Positions 19,241 to 29,609 of a stretch of 64,000 nt of DNA are shown here, one piece after another (position 1 is the first letter of the stretch; each line of letters begins with the position of its first letter). The notes beneath the pieces were generated by a model. The model saw only the letters and a list, made by a program, of their open reading frames with translations, had not been told where the DNA came from and searched no databases. This DNA comes from Candidatus Methanomethylophilaceae archaeon (lineage in GTDB: Archaea; Thermoplasmatota; Thermoplasmata; Methanomassiliicoccales; Methanomethylophilaceae), in contig CALUHQ010000072.1 in NCBI GenBank assembly GCA_944320485.1, forward strand, positions 9,154-73,153. The letters are read 5' to 3'. A program made the translations under genes and the position numbers.

Positions 19241-20587
19241 ATGCATCAGGAAAGGATCCTGGCAATCCATGACATATCTTGCGTCGGCAGGTGCTCCCTC
19301 ACCGTCGCCATCCCGATCATCTCTTCAGTCGGCATCGAATGCTCCGGCCTCCCCACCGCCGTCCTATCCACCCACACCGGCGGGTTCACCGGCTACACCT
19401 ACAGGGACCTCACAGAGGACATGGTCCCCATCGACGAGCATTGGCAGACCCTCGGGATCAGGTTCGACGCTTTCTACACAGGATTCCTGGGCTCCTTCGA
19501 GCAGATCGACATCGTGAAGAAGCTCTTCAGGGACCTTTCCCACGAGGGCACCAGGATCTACGTCGACCCCGTGATGGCCGACAAGGGCAAGCTCTACCCC
19601 GTCTTCGGTCCCGACTTCCCGGCCGGGATGCGCCAGCTCTGCGAGATGGCCGACGTCATCATGCCCAACCTGACCGAGCTCAGCTTCATGCTCGGCATCG
19701 AGTACAAGGAGGGACCGTACACCAGGGAGTACATCGACTCCGTCCTCGACCTCGCCAAGGGCTTCGGCATCAAGCAGATCGTCCTGACGGGCATCAGCTT
19801 CGAGGAGGGCAAGGTCGGCGCCGTCTACCGCGACTACGCCACCGGTGAGACCGGTGACATCATGCGCGAGGAGATCCCGGGATACTACCACGGCACGGGC
19901 GACGTGTTCAGCTCCGCCTTCGTCGGCGCCTTCGAATCCGGGCTGTCCCTCAGGGACGCCGTGACCGCGGCCGTCAACCTCACCGTCGGCAGCATCATCA
20001 GGACCTACGACGCCAAGGTCGACATCAGGTACGGCGTCAACTTCGAGGCGGGTCTCGGGGCCTACATCAGAGAGGTCGACGCCGGTAGGAACGGCATGAC
20101 CATCTTCCCCGCCGTGTCCGACGACGACATCAGGATCATCTCCTCCATCGGATGCTCCGTCTGGAGGGAGGCCTACGAGGGCATCGTCCCCAAGGACCAG
20201 GTCGAGTACATGCTTGAGAGGTTCCAGAGCTTCGAGGCCATGAAGGAGCAGATCGAGTCCGAGGGCTACACATACCTGATGATCAAGGACGGGGCCAGGA
20301 ACATCGGCTACGCCGGATACGTCCCCAGGGGGGACAGGCTCTTCCTCTCCAAGATCTACATCGTCAAGGACTACCGCGGCCACGGGTACTCCGGACCGGT
20401 CTTCGCCCACCTCAGGGACGTCGCCAGGTCGCTGGGCCTGAAGAGCGTGTACCTCACGGTCAACAGGGACAACGAGAGGTCCATCTCCGTTTACAGGCAC
20501 GAGGGCTTCGAGATTGTGGAGTCCCAGGACAACCCAATCGGCGAGGGATTCGTGATGCACGACTACGTCATGGAAATGAGAGTATGA
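19241..20587 (+). CDS. pdxK: Pyridoxal/pyridoxamine kinase fused to a C-terminal GNAT acetyltransferase
   Basis: LAIHDISCVGRCSL, YVDPVMADKGKLY, PNLTEL, HGTGDVF; C-terminal LSKIYIVKDYRGHG...LTVNRDN (GNAT). Confidence 0.85.
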   Translation: MHQERILAIHDISCVGRCSLTVAIPIISSVGIECSGLPTAVLSTHTGGFTGYTYRDLTEDMVPIDEHWQTLGIRFDAFYTGFLGSFEQIDIVKKLFRDLSHEGTRIYVDPVMADKGKLYPVFGPDFPAGMRQLCEMADVIMPNLTELSFMLGIEYKEGPYTREYIDSVLDLAKGFGIKQIVLTGISFEEGKVGAVYRDYATGETGDIMREEIPGYYHGTGDVFSSAFVGAFESGLSLRDAVTAAVNLTVGSIIRTYDAKVDIRYGVNFEAGLGAYIREVDAGRNGMTIFPAVSDDDIRIISSIGCSVWREAYEGIVPKDQVEYMLERFQSFEAMKEQIESEGYTYLMIKDGARNIGYAGYVPRGDRLFLSKIYIVKDYRGHGYSGPVFAHLRDVARSLGLKSVYLTVNRDNERSISVYRHEGFEIVESQDNPIGEGFVMHDYVMEMRV

Positions 20588-20590
20588 GAG

Positions 20591-22435
20591 ATGTTCATAC
20601 CCACCACCCCCGACGAGGTCCGCAGGAGGGGATGGGAGTCCCTCGACATCATCCTGGTGAGCGGAGACACCTACACCGACAACGCCTACAACGGAACCGC
20701 CGCCATCGGCCATTGGCTGATCGACCACGGTTACAGAGTGGGAATCATCGCCCAGCCGGACGTATCCTCGGGGGACGACATCTCCCGCCTTGGGTCCCCG
20801 GAGCTGTTCTGGTCGGTCTCCGCGGGATGCGTGGACTCCATGGTGGCCAACTACACACCCACCAGGAAGTTCCGCAAGGAGGACGACTTCACACCGGGCG
20901 GAGTCAACGACAGGAGGCCGGACAGGGCCACCATCGCATACACCAACCTCATCAAGAAGCACTGCAAGGGGAGACCGGTGTTCCTGGCGGGCATAGAGGC
21001 GAGCCTCCGCAGGATAGCCCACTACGACTTCTGGTCCGACTCTGTCAGGAGGTCCGTACTGTTCGACTCCAAGGCCGACGGCATCGTATACGGCATGGCG
21101 GAGCTGGCCACCCTCGAGCTGGCGGACAGGATCCGCGAAGGGGAGCCCTGGACGGACGTCCTCGGGATCTGCACCGCATCCAAGGCCGTTCCTGACGGGT
21201 ACATCGAGATTCCCTCCTACGAGGAGGTCCGGGACGACCGGGACGCGTTCATGAGGGCCTATTCCATCTTCAGGGGCAACTGCGACCCCGTCACCGCCAT
21301 CGGACTGGCCCAGGGGCATGGTGACAGGTACCTGGTCCAGAACCCTCCCCAGAGGTCACTGACGGTTTCCGAACTGGACTCCCTGTACGAATCGGATTTC
21401 GAGGACAGGGTGCATCCGTTCTACGCCAAATCGGGTCACGTCAGGGCCATGGACACCGTCAGGAACTCCGTCACCACCCACAGGGGCTGCTACGGCGACT
21501 GCTCGTTCTGCGCGATAGCCGTCCACCAGGGCACCACGGTCGTCTCCAGGTCCGAGGAGTCAATCCTCAGGGAGGTGGGGCGCATCGCTTCCAGGCCCGG
21601 GTTCAACGGGGTCATCCAGGACGTGGGGGGACCCACCGCCAACATGTACGGCATCGAGTGCCCGCGCAAGCTGAAATCGGGAAGATGCAGAGACCGCAAA
21701 TGCCTCGGGTCCAGACCCTGTCCCCATCTTCCCATCGACCACTCCGGGCAGACGGACCTGCTGCGCAGGATCTCCGAGGTGCCCGGCGTGAGGCACGTCT
21801 TCGTTAACTCAGGCATCAGGTACGACATGATAGTCGCCGACCGGACCAACGGCGGCGAGTACCTTGACCGGATCGTCTCCCATCACGTCTCCGGTCAGAT
21901 GAAGGTCGCACCCGAACATGTGAGCCCGGGCGTTCTGAGGCTCATGGGTAAGCCCGAGAGGAAGGTTCTCGAGGAGTTCCGTTCCATGTTCGCGGACTCG
22001 GTCTCAGGTTGCGGCAGGGACCTCTACCTGACCTACTACTTCATGGCGGCCCATCCCGGATGCGGGGAGGACGACATGCGGGAGCTCGCACGCTACTGCC
22101 GCGATGTGCTGCACATCCATCCTGAGCAGGTCCAGGTGTTCACCCCGACCCCCTCGACGTATTCCACCGCGATGTACCGCACCTCCAGGGACCTGAAGGG
22201 GAGGAACGTGCCTGTGGAGAGGTCGGTCCAGAGGCGCCAGAGGCAGAAGGAGATCGTCACTGGGAGACGCAGGGATGCGCGAGGTCCCCGACCAGGCGAT
22301 CAGGGCCTGCCTGTCCCACTTCCAGGCGGTGGACGTACAGTACATCACCCGCAAGGAGTTCACCTACCAGTGGGCGGTCTCGGGCAGGAGCGCCCTGATC
22401 CGCTTACCCGATTACCTGGCAGACTCCCCCGGTGA
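20591..22435 (+). CDS. ygiQ: YgiQ (UPF0313) radical SAM protein
   Basis: MFIPTT, DIILVSGDTY, HRGCYGDCSFCAI, DVGGPTANMYG, SGIRYD, QVQVFTPTPST. Confidence 0.9.
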   Translation: MFIPTTPDEVRRRGWESLDIILVSGDTYTDNAYNGTAAIGHWLIDHGYRVGIIAQPDVSSGDDISRLGSPELFWSVSAGCVDSMVANYTPTRKFRKEDDFTPGGVNDRRPDRATIAYTNLIKKHCKGRPVFLAGIEASLRRIAHYDFWSDSVRRSVLFDSKADGIVYGMAELATLELADRIREGEPWTDVLGICTASKAVPDGYIEIPSYEEVRDDRDAFMRAYSIFRGNCDPVTAIGLAQGHGDRYLVQNPPQRSLTVSELDSLYESDFEDRVHPFYAKSGHVRAMDTVRNSVTTHRGCYGDCSFCAIAVHQGTTVVSRSEESILREVGRIASRPGFNGVIQDVGGPTANMYGIECPRKLKSGRCRDRKCLGSRPCPHLPIDHSGQTDLLRRISEVPGVRHVFVNSGIRYDMIVADRTNGGEYLDRIVSHHVSGQMKVAPEHVSPGVLRLMGKPERKVLEEFRSMFADSVSGCGRDLYLTYYFMAAHPGCGEDDMRELARYCRDVLHIHPEQVQVFTPTPSTYSTAMYRTSRDLKGRNVPVERSVQRRQRQKEIVTGRRRDARGPRPGDQGLPVPLPGGGRTVHHPQGVHLPVGGLGQERPDPLTRLPGRLPR

Positions 22436-22985
22436 CATTCAGGCATCGTTATGCGACATGGTGTGCCGCCGCGCCCGCGGACTTGATTGGAGCTTCCCGT
22501 CGGACTGCCTGGACCACATCCGTTCCGACGGGTACATCCTGTCCGGTAGGCCCGTGTACCTCTCCAGGAGCAGGAACCTCTCCCGGACGACCGCGGGAAC
22601 CTGCCGCGACCTCTCGGAATCCGTTCAGAGGCTCCTCGACGCCGGCCTCCTGTCGGATACCGATATCTGCAATTCCTACATGTCATGGACCAGGCGCGGC
22701 GCGCTTCGCCGCATGGGGTTCTGCAGCACCATGTTCCGGGTTGTGGGCATATCGTCCGTTCTGGATTCCCAAGAGGTCCCCGACCATGTGGTCGATTACG
22801 TCGTCTACCACGAGTGCCTCCATCTCAGGCAGGGTTACCGCCCTGACCACCGCAGCCATGACTCCCAGTTCAGGTCATGGGAGCGTTCGTATCCCGATTG
22901 GGCTGTCGCGGAGAGGTCCCTGAAGGCCATCGCCGGAGGGGGACCGACTCGGTTATCTAAGCGGAGGGACATCCGCTCGACATGA
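22275..22985 (+). CDS. M48/YgjP/SprT-like zinc metalloprotein
   Basis: VVDYVVYHECLH...HDSQF; stop overlaps the next ATG. Confidence 0.8.
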   Translation: MREVPDQAIRACLSHFQAVDVQYITRKEFTYQWAVSGRSALIRLPDYLADSPGDIQASLCDMVCRRARGLDWSFPSDCLDHIRSDGYILSGRPVYLSRSRNLSRTTAGTCRDLSESVQRLLDAGLLSDTDICNSYMSWTRRGALRRMGFCSTMFRVVGISSVLDSQEVPDHVVDYVVYHECLHLRQGYRPDHRSHDSQFRSWERSYPDWAVAERSLKAIAGGGPTRLSKRRDIRST

Positions 22986-23872
22986 CCGAGGAGAGGGGAT
23001 TCGTCTTCCACGGGCCCGACGGAGAGACCGAGCTGAGCATAGGCCAGGTCAGGGAACTGGCCGACAGGGGCGACCCGGACGGCCTCTACGCCCTCTCCAT
23101 GGCGTACCTCTTCGGATGGGATGTTGAGCAGGACGAGGCCGTCGGATACGACCTCCTCGAGAAGGCCGTGGCCGCCGGGCAGACCGAGGCGATGGCGCTA
23201 ATGGTCAGGCTCTACATGCAGGGCGAGTACGACAGCATAGACAGCGAGTGTGCCGCAGGCTACGCCATCACCGCGGCGAAAGACGGGATCCCGGACGCGC
23301 AGCTCTACGCCGGACTCGCCTACATGGACGGCGTCTCCGTGGAACAGGACTACTCCGAGGCCGCCAGATACTTCCGTCTCGCCGCCAACCAGGGCAACAG
23401 CGAGGCCAGGACGTCCCTCGCCTACCTCTTCCAGGAGGGGCTCGGTGTCGAGAAGGACGAGCCGAAGGCGTTCAGGCTCTACAGGACCGCAGCCAAGGCC
23501 GGCAACGTCAACGCCATGTTCCAGACAGGGATCTGCTACGAGTTCGGCGTGGGCACGGGGATGGACCTGTCCGCCGCCGCGGAATGGTACTCCAAAGGGG
23601 CGGAGCAGGGCGACGCCTTCGCCATGGAGAGGCTCGGCTTCCTGATGTCGGAATCCGACCCTCCCCGCGAGAAGGAGGCCTTCGAATGGTTCCTGAGGGC
23701 GGCGATGGAAGGGGTCCCGACGGCCATGCACATGGTCGGCTACTGCTACCTCAAGGGCATCGGCACCGACTCAGACGAGGGCGAGGCCAGGAAATGGCTG
23801 AAGATGGCCGCCGACAACGGCGTCGAGGACGCCATAGAACTCCTATCCATGATCGGCTCCGTGGTCGGCTGA
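22982..23872 (+). CDS. Sel1-repeat protein
   Basis: Repeated A-x-x-LG-x-x-Y-x-x-G-x-GV...W...AA units. Confidence 0.9.
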   Translation: MTEERGFVFHGPDGETELSIGQVRELADRGDPDGLYALSMAYLFGWDVEQDEAVGYDLLEKAVAAGQTEAMALMVRLYMQGEYDSIDSECAAGYAITAAKDGIPDAQLYAGLAYMDGVSVEQDYSEAARYFRLAANQGNSEARTSLAYLFQEGLGVEKDEPKAFRLYRTAAKAGNVNAMFQTGICYEFGVGTGMDLSAAAEWYSKGAEQGDAFAMERLGFLMSESDPPREKEAFEWFLRAAMEGVPTAMHMVGYCYLKGIGTDSDEGEARKWLKMAADNGVEDAIELLSMIGSVVG

Positions 23873-23917
23873 GGCGAAGTTGGCTTTAACACGGTCGGGG
23901 ATTACCGTCCGATACCC

Positions 23918-24577
23918 ATGGTCAGCACCGATTCCCTCAGAAAGGCCGCGGAGAGCGGCGACGCGGACGCGCAGTACCAGCTTGGATTGATCTACCTGTA
24001 CGGCAACGAGGAGCCGAAGGACGCCGCTAAGGCCTTCGAATGGATGTCCCGGGCAGCGGCCCAGAACATCGTACCCGCCAAGAGGGAGCTGGGCATCATG
24101 CTGGTCTCGGGAGAGGGAACGGAACCCGACCTTGGACGCGGCCTGCAGCTCCTGAGCGATGCGGCCGACGACCTGGACCCCGGTGCGCTGTACCATCTCG
24201 GCCTGATGTACGAGAAGGGGCTCGGCGTGCCCATGGACCTGCAGAAGAGCGTGAGGATGCTCGCCTATGCGGCCACCATGGGGTTCCCGGGTGCCGAGGC
24301 GGACGCCGAGAGGGTCGACGCCATACTCACCGAGGAGAGGAACAGGAAGCTCAGGGCCAGGCCGATCCTAAAGCTGCAGATATCCGACGTCGATGTGGAG
24401 GCGGCTTGCTGCAAGAGGATGCTGGACGCCCTCCTGGCCCAGGACATCGTTTTCACCGAGACCATGAACGGCCCCGCCCTCCTGGGCGAGGACTCGGACG
24501 GAATGGACGCGGTGCTCACCAGCTGCCCGTTCTGCGGACAGAGGATGCAGCTCATCCCCCACGACACGAAGTTCTGA
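23918..24577 (+). CDS. Sel1-repeat protein with a Cys-rich C-terminus
   Basis: AQYQLGLIYLYG and ALYHLGLMYEKGLGV; C-terminal ACCKR...CPFCG. Confidence 0.85.
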   Translation: MVSTDSLRKAAESGDADAQYQLGLIYLYGNEEPKDAAKAFEWMSRAAAQNIVPAKRELGIMLVSGEGTEPDLGRGLQLLSDAADDLDPGALYHLGLMYEKGLGVPMDLQKSVRMLAYAATMGFPGAEADAERVDAILTEERNRKLRARPILKLQISDVDVEAACCKRMLDALLAQDIVFTETMNGPALLGEDSDGMDAVLTSCPFCGQRMQLIPHDTKF

Positions 24578-25537
24578 TCATCGGAAGGTGGCTGCTAGGG
24601 TCTCGGCCTCCGGGTTCCCGAGCTCGGCCGCGAGCCTAACCAGCCCCTTCCCCTTCCTATCATCCTGAGCTACACCCTCGCCGCGCAGGTAGAGCATGCC
24701 CAGGCGGAATATTGCCGCCGCGTTCCATTTCTTCGCGGAGGCCGCGAACATCCTGGCGGCGGCGAAGGGGTCCTTGTCCACCCCTGTTCCGGACATGTAC
24801 ATGTCTCCCAGCGTGTACTGGGCCATGTCGTCGCCCTTGCGGGCCGCGGCGTCTATCATCCTCGCCGCGATCTGCTCATCCAGGCGGACACCGTAGCCGT
24901 AGAGGTACCTGAGCCCGAGGTTCAGGAGCGAGTGGGCGTCCCCGTTCTTGGCGCCCTCCTCGTAGAAGCAGACGGCCATGGAGTCGTTGACCTCCACGCC
25001 GTCGCCGATCTCGTACATCCTCCCGAGGTTGAAGAGGGCGTCGGGGTTGCCGTGCTTGGCCGCCTCCGCGAAAAGCCTCAGGGCCTCGGTCTTGTCACGT
25101 CTCACGCCCCAGCCGTTGTAGTACAGGTTCCCCAGATTGCACTGGGCGCCGGTGTGTCCGTTGTCGGCTGCCAGCATGTACCACTTGGCGGCCTCCATCT
25201 TGTTGACCGGGATGCCCTCACCAACGTCGCACATGTACCCGAGGCCGTACTGAGCCTCGGCATAGCCCTGGTTGGCCGCCTTGCGGTACCATCTGATGGC
25301 CGCAACCTTGTCGGTGGGAACCCCTATGCCGTAGCAGCAGAGGTACCCGTAGGTGTACTGCGCCTCGGGGATCCCGGCCTCGGCGGATCTGCGGAGGAGC
25401 TCCGCAGCAGCCTCATAATCGATTGGGACCCCGTCCCCCTCGTAGAGGCGCCTTCCGAGGAAGTACATGGCCTCGGGGTCACCGCGTTCGCTGCGCGCCC
25501 TCAGCTCCAGCAAGGAAGGACTGTCCCCGGAATCCAT
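24578..25537 (-). CDS. Sel1-repeat protein
   Basis: About eight canonical Sel1 repeats. Confidence 0.9.
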   Translation of the reverse strand: MDSGDSPSLLELRARSERGDPEAMYFLGRRLYEGDGVPIDYEAAAELLRRSAEAGIPEAQYTYGYLCCYGIGVPTDKVAAIRWYRKAANQGYAEAQYGLGYMCDVGEGIPVNKMEAAKWYMLAADNGHTGAQCNLGNLYYNGWGVRRDKTEALRLFAEAAKHGNPDALFNLGRMYEIGDGVEVNDSMAVCFYEEGAKNGDAHSLLNLGLRYLYGYGVRLDEQIAARMIDAAARKGDDMAQYTLGDMYMSGTGVDKDPFAAARMFAASAKKWNAAAIFRLGMLYLRGEGVAQDDRKGKGLVRLAAELGNPEAETLAATFR

Positions 25538-25655
25538 GGATTCCGAATCTGTAATCTAATGAGTTATAAGTTTTGTTGCCAGACCCAGGTCGGATGTCCG
25601 AATCGGGATGCTTTCATCGTAACCATTTATAAACACAGCAGGACGTACTTCGGTC

Positions 25656-26201
25656 ATGGATCCCGAATACACGATTGAGGAGGCCGCGGCAGTCCTCGAG
25701 AAGGCCGTGGAGAGGAAGAGGCTGGAGATAGCCTCCCTCGAGAAGAGGAAGAGGCGCCTCAGGAAGGAGAGCAGCGTCGCCGAGACCCAGGAGCTCATCG
25801 ACTACCTGGAGGCCGACGTCACAGCCTATCTCACCGTAATCGCCGACATGAAGGACGACGACACCATACTCGAGGGGCTGGACCTCGACCGCGACGAGGC
25901 CGTCGAATGCCCCGTCGGTTACGACAGGTACGTGTCCGGGCTCTGCGCCGACGACCTGGAGAACGAGCTGGAGGCCGACGCGATACGCGCTGAGTACTGC
26001 GAGGACGTCATCGAGGAGCTGTGCCAGAACATCGGCGAGAAGGCCCTCGGGTCCAAGAAGATGATCAAGTTCATGCTGGACGACCCCGCCACGCTGGAGT
26101 CCATCGGCGAACTCATCTTCTATGATGACTACCTTTACGATGCATTCAAGGCCCTCGGCAGCGAGCCGAAGGGCAAGAAGAAGAAAAAGAGGAAGGATTG
26201 A
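25656..26201 (+). CDS. Hypothetical acidic protein with a Lys-rich tail
   Basis: 181-aa ORF; TTTATAAA about 25 nt upstream. Confidence 0.8.
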   Translation: MDPEYTIEEAAAVLEKAVERKRLEIASLEKRKRRLRKESSVAETQELIDYLEADVTAYLTVIADMKDDDTILEGLDLDRDEAVECPVGYDRYVSGLCADDLENELEADAIRAEYCEDVIEELCQNIGEKALGSKKMIKFMLDDPATLESIGELIFYDDYLYDAFKALGSEPKGKKKKKRKD

Positions 26202-26899
26202 ACGTGGCCACAAGCAAGTACGACCGCGAACTGAGGTTCATCGAGATCGAGTCCAAGAGGCTCGACGAAAAGCTGAGGGAGCTCCGCGAGAGCGTTCCCT
26301 CCGATCCAGCCGAGGCCGCGAGGAAGGCCGAGGACGTCACCGCCATGGAGGCCAGGCTGGCCGACCTGCTGAGGCGCAGGAAGGAGATCGTCGACTCCTA
26401 CAAGGCCGCAGGCATGGACGTCCCGGACATCCACAGGAGCCTCAACGCCAACACGTGGAAGGAGGGCCGCGGATGCGAGACCGGCGCCATCGACGTGCCG
26501 GACCAGCCCGCCGCGGAGGCGCCCGAGGCCATCCCCGGGGACATCGGGGAGCTCACATCGGAGATCGAGTCCCTCACCGACGAGCTCATGGGCATCGAGG
26601 TCAAGATGCTGAGGGCCGACATGAACGGCGACGAGGACGAGAAGCAGAAGCTCTCCCTCATGGCATCCTCCCTGCGCTCCAGGCGCGACACCCTCGTCGC
26701 CAGGGTCAAGGAGCTCAAGGCCGAGGCGGAGAAGCCCAAGGAGGCACCTGCCGCGGAGCCCTCCGAGATCGAGAGCCGCCTCGAATCCCTTGAGAGGGAC
26801 AACCGTGCCCTCAGGTCCCAGCTCTCGGACGTCAGAACCGACATGTCCGAGGTCAAGGAGAGCCTCAGGGAGATCCTGTCCGCCCTCCGTCTGGAGTGA
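26198..26899 (+). CDS. Coiled-coil hypothetical protein (start TTG 26198 or GTG 26204)
   Basis: Heptad-rich sequence, coupled to the upstream gene. Confidence 0.75.
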   Translation: MNVATSKYDRELRFIEIESKRLDEKLRELRESVPSDPAEAARKAEDVTAMEARLADLLRRRKEIVDSYKAAGMDVPDIHRSLNANTWKEGRGCETGAIDVPDQPAAEAPEAIPGDIGELTSEIESLTDELMGIEVKMLRADMNGDEDEKQKLSLMASSLRSRRDTLVARVKELKAEAEKPKEAPAAEPSEIESRLESLERDNRALRSQLSDVRTDMSEVKESLREILSALRLE

Positions 26900-26903
26900 C
26901 CCT

Positions 26904-29015
26904 CTAAACCTTATCCGGGGGAACCTCCGCCAGGAGGCCCCCGATCAACTCACCTTCCTTCTGCATCCAATGGTCCCTGTCGCACACCAGGACAAGCCTC
27001 CTCTTCGCCCTCGAGACCGCAGTGTTCACCAGCCTCCTGCCCACCTCTGTCTCGGAGCTGGTGAACCTGAACGGGACGTCCCGCGAGACCACACCGTTGT
27101 CTGCGACGCTGAACACCACCGTGTCCCACTCCCTCCCCTGGGAGGCGTGAACGGTCATGACGCAGTCCCTGTAGGTCCTTCCGACCATCCTGCGCAGGAG
27201 CCTGACCTGTGCGGAGTAAGGAGTCAGCACGGCCACCGATCCCGGGTCCGGACGCTCCGATTGGAGGAACCTCCTCACAGCCTCCGACTCCCCACGGTTC
27301 TCCCTGCCTTCCCTGTGGTCGCAGGTCGCGTCCAGGCACACGATCTCAAGGTCCCCGCCTTCAGATGAGCCTCTCATCCCGTTGCGGTAGACGTACCTGT
27401 CCAGCACCGATGCCAGGTTCTGGCCGAAGCGGTGGGAGGAGGTCAGGTCCCTCCTGGATGTGAGCCGGAAACAGGGATTGTCCGAACGCACGAACCTCCG
27501 ACGCAGCCCTGCGACCCCTTCGCTGAGGACTCCCTCGCAGTGTAGTGCGGACATCGACCAGGGGAACGCATCCGAGAGCCGACCTCCCCTCTCGGCTGCG
27601 GTGTGAAGCGCGTCCTCGTCAAGAACCGAGACGGGCGGCAGCTGCATGTGGTCGCCCAGCATGGTCACCGGGACGCCGTTGGTGAAGAGTGCCAGCCCCT
27701 GCACCAGACCGCAGTATCCGGCCTCGTCAAGGAAGATCCAGTCCACGTCCAGCTCCATCCTCGGATCCTCCTCGGAGCCCTTCGGACGGAACCTGGAGAT
27801 GAACTGCTGCGGTGTCGAGGCTATGATCCTGGCACGGCCTATCCTGTCCCTGGTGTCCCTGAACCTAAGAGACTCCGCCTCGCGCTCCAGGGCCATGATT
27901 TCCGACATGATGTCGCCGTCGGACCAATGGTCGTACTCCTCGATGCTGGCGGCCGGACGTTCGCGGTCGTACAGGATAGAGACCAGGTCGTCCATCACAT
28001 CCCGAAGGTCGCGCCTGACAGCACCTACGGCGACGTCCCTTGCCTCGGGTACCATGGAGAACACCCCCAGCAGGTCACGGAAGCGCTCAAGGAGGTCGGG
28101 GTTGTCCTTCAGCATCACGTTGCCGTCGGCATCCGCTGGCCTGGAGACCGCCTCGTCTCTGAGCTCCAGCACCTCCCACTCCAGGACGTCGAGGCACCTC
28201 TCGGCCATCACCTCCGTGAGATTGTCGACGGACCTCATGCACTCCGCCACCCTCCTCTGGGCGTGGCGGTCCTCGCACATCCCGGGATGGTCCTCGAGGA
28301 ACCCCTTGGAGGGGATACCGAGCCTGATGATCCCCTCGCAGAGCAATCCGTCGCCTTCGAACGCCTTCAGTATCCCAGAGAGCACCTGCTCGACCGAGTT
28401 GTTTGTCGGAGCGAATACAGCGACCCTTCCTCCGGCATCCAGGCATGCCCTGATGCATGTCGCGAGGACGTACTGGGTCTTGCCCGTCCCGGGAGCACCC
28501 CAGACGTAGGACATCCCGTTTGACAGCACGCACGACACGGCGGAAATCTGCTCGGCGGACGGCGACGAACCGGAGGGATACTCCGGTTTAGAAGGTTCGA
28601 GGCGCCTCTCCGGAAGGGCCAGCATGTCCCCGTACCTCCTGTAGAAATCGGCGACGGCACGGATCAGGAAACCCATGTCCGTGAGGACGGAGACCTTCGT
28701 CCCTGAGACAGAGAGCATATCCAGAACCGCATCAGGAGGCCTGACAACTATAGTCCTGGATATCTCGTCGTACCTCGTGAACCCCGCCTCGTCCTCGTCG
28801 AGGACGTCCCCGTCCACCATGAGCATCAGACCCGATGCGTCCTGGAGCTGGGATTCCAGATGGAGGACGGCGTACCCTTCCCCGACAGCGCACCTGCGTA
28901 CGCCAGTGACCGACACGCCTAGCGGGGGGTCTGTGACATAGCGCATGGCCTCGATGTACTCGAGCACGGCGTCCGCCGAACGTGCGATGAAGCCGGAGAC
29001 ATCCCTGCCGTCCAT
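26904..29015 (-). CDS. Superfamily 1 (DNA2/Upf1-like) helicase
   Basis: GAPGTGKT, FAPTNNSV, DEAG, GDHMQLPP, LTPYSAQ, TVHASQGREWD, NTAVSRAK. Confidence 0.9.
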   Translation of the reverse strand: MDGRDVSGFIARSADAVLEYIEAMRYVTDPPLGVSVTGVRRCAVGEGYAVLHLESQLQDASGLMLMVDGDVLDEDEAGFTRYDEISRTIVVRPPDAVLDMLSVSGTKVSVLTDMGFLIRAVADFYRRYGDMLALPERRLEPSKPEYPSGSSPSAEQISAVSCVLSNGMSYVWGAPGTGKTQYVLATCIRACLDAGGRVAVFAPTNNSVEQVLSGILKAFEGDGLLCEGIIRLGIPSKGFLEDHPGMCEDRHAQRRVAECMRSVDNLTEVMAERCLDVLEWEVLELRDEAVSRPADADGNVMLKDNPDLLERFRDLLGVFSMVPEARDVAVGAVRRDLRDVMDDLVSILYDRERPAASIEEYDHWSDGDIMSEIMALEREAESLRFRDTRDRIGRARIIASTPQQFISRFRPKGSEEDPRMELDVDWIFLDEAGYCGLVQGLALFTNGVPVTMLGDHMQLPPVSVLDEDALHTAAERGGRLSDAFPWSMSALHCEGVLSEGVAGLRRRFVRSDNPCFRLTSRRDLTSSHRFGQNLASVLDRYVYRNGMRGSSEGGDLEIVCLDATCDHREGRENRGESEAVRRFLQSERPDPGSVAVLTPYSAQVRLLRRMVGRTYRDCVMTVHASQGREWDTVVFSVADNGVVSRDVPFRFTSSETEVGRRLVNTAVSRAKRRLVLVCDRDHWMQKEGELIGGLLAEVPPDKV

Positions 29016-29075
29016 GACGGCGTCTGGGCTTCGGGGTACTTGAGCCGAGCGTGTGTATCTAAGGCCGATACACGC

Positions 29076-29525
29076 TCAGGAGTAGAAGCTGGACCAGTTC
29101 TGCTCCACATCGGGGTCCTCGAACTTGGGCACGCCCTCGGAGAACTCGTCCCAGTCGATGGGCTCCCTGGAGAGGAGGATGAACGAGTTGTTCTTCCCGT
29201 CGAACTTGATGGCGTCGCCGGAGACCATGATCTTCACGTCGAAGAGGATGTTGAAGTCGGTGTCCCTGTACTCCCCGTCGGGATCCTCCACGGTGCGGTC
29301 GCGCCTGACGCTGTTGAGCTTGATCTTCTTGACGCCGAAGAGACCCTTGACCCTCTTGGTCACCCTGTCGAGGAAGTAGCCGTTCCCTATGTTGAGGGTC
29401 CAGAAGTCCACGTCGCCGGCCTCTTCGGGGTTGACCTCCACCTTCTCCCAGCCGGTGTAGTCGTCCTTGCTCGTCCCGGCGTAGATGCGATACTGGGTCT
29501 CCTTCGATATCATCTGTACCGTCAT
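29076..29525 (-). CDS. Hypothetical protein
   Basis: 149-aa frame (MTVQMISKETQY) with host codon bias; the longer upstream ORF is a shadow of the protease gene. Confidence 0.7.
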   Translation of the reverse strand: MTVQMISKETQYRIYAGTSKDDYTGWEKVEVNPEEAGDVDFWTLNIGNGYFLDRVTKRVKGLFGVKKIKLNSVRRDRTVEDPDGEYRDTDFNILFDVKIMVSGDAIKFDGKNNSFILLSREPIDWDEFSEGVPKFEDPDVEQNWSSFYS

Positions 29526-29609
29526 CCCCATCCCCCGCATCATATATTGGTTCTTCCCCGCGACACCGGCGACCGTCAAAGCCATAACCGACCTGGATGT
29601 TGCAGGTCC

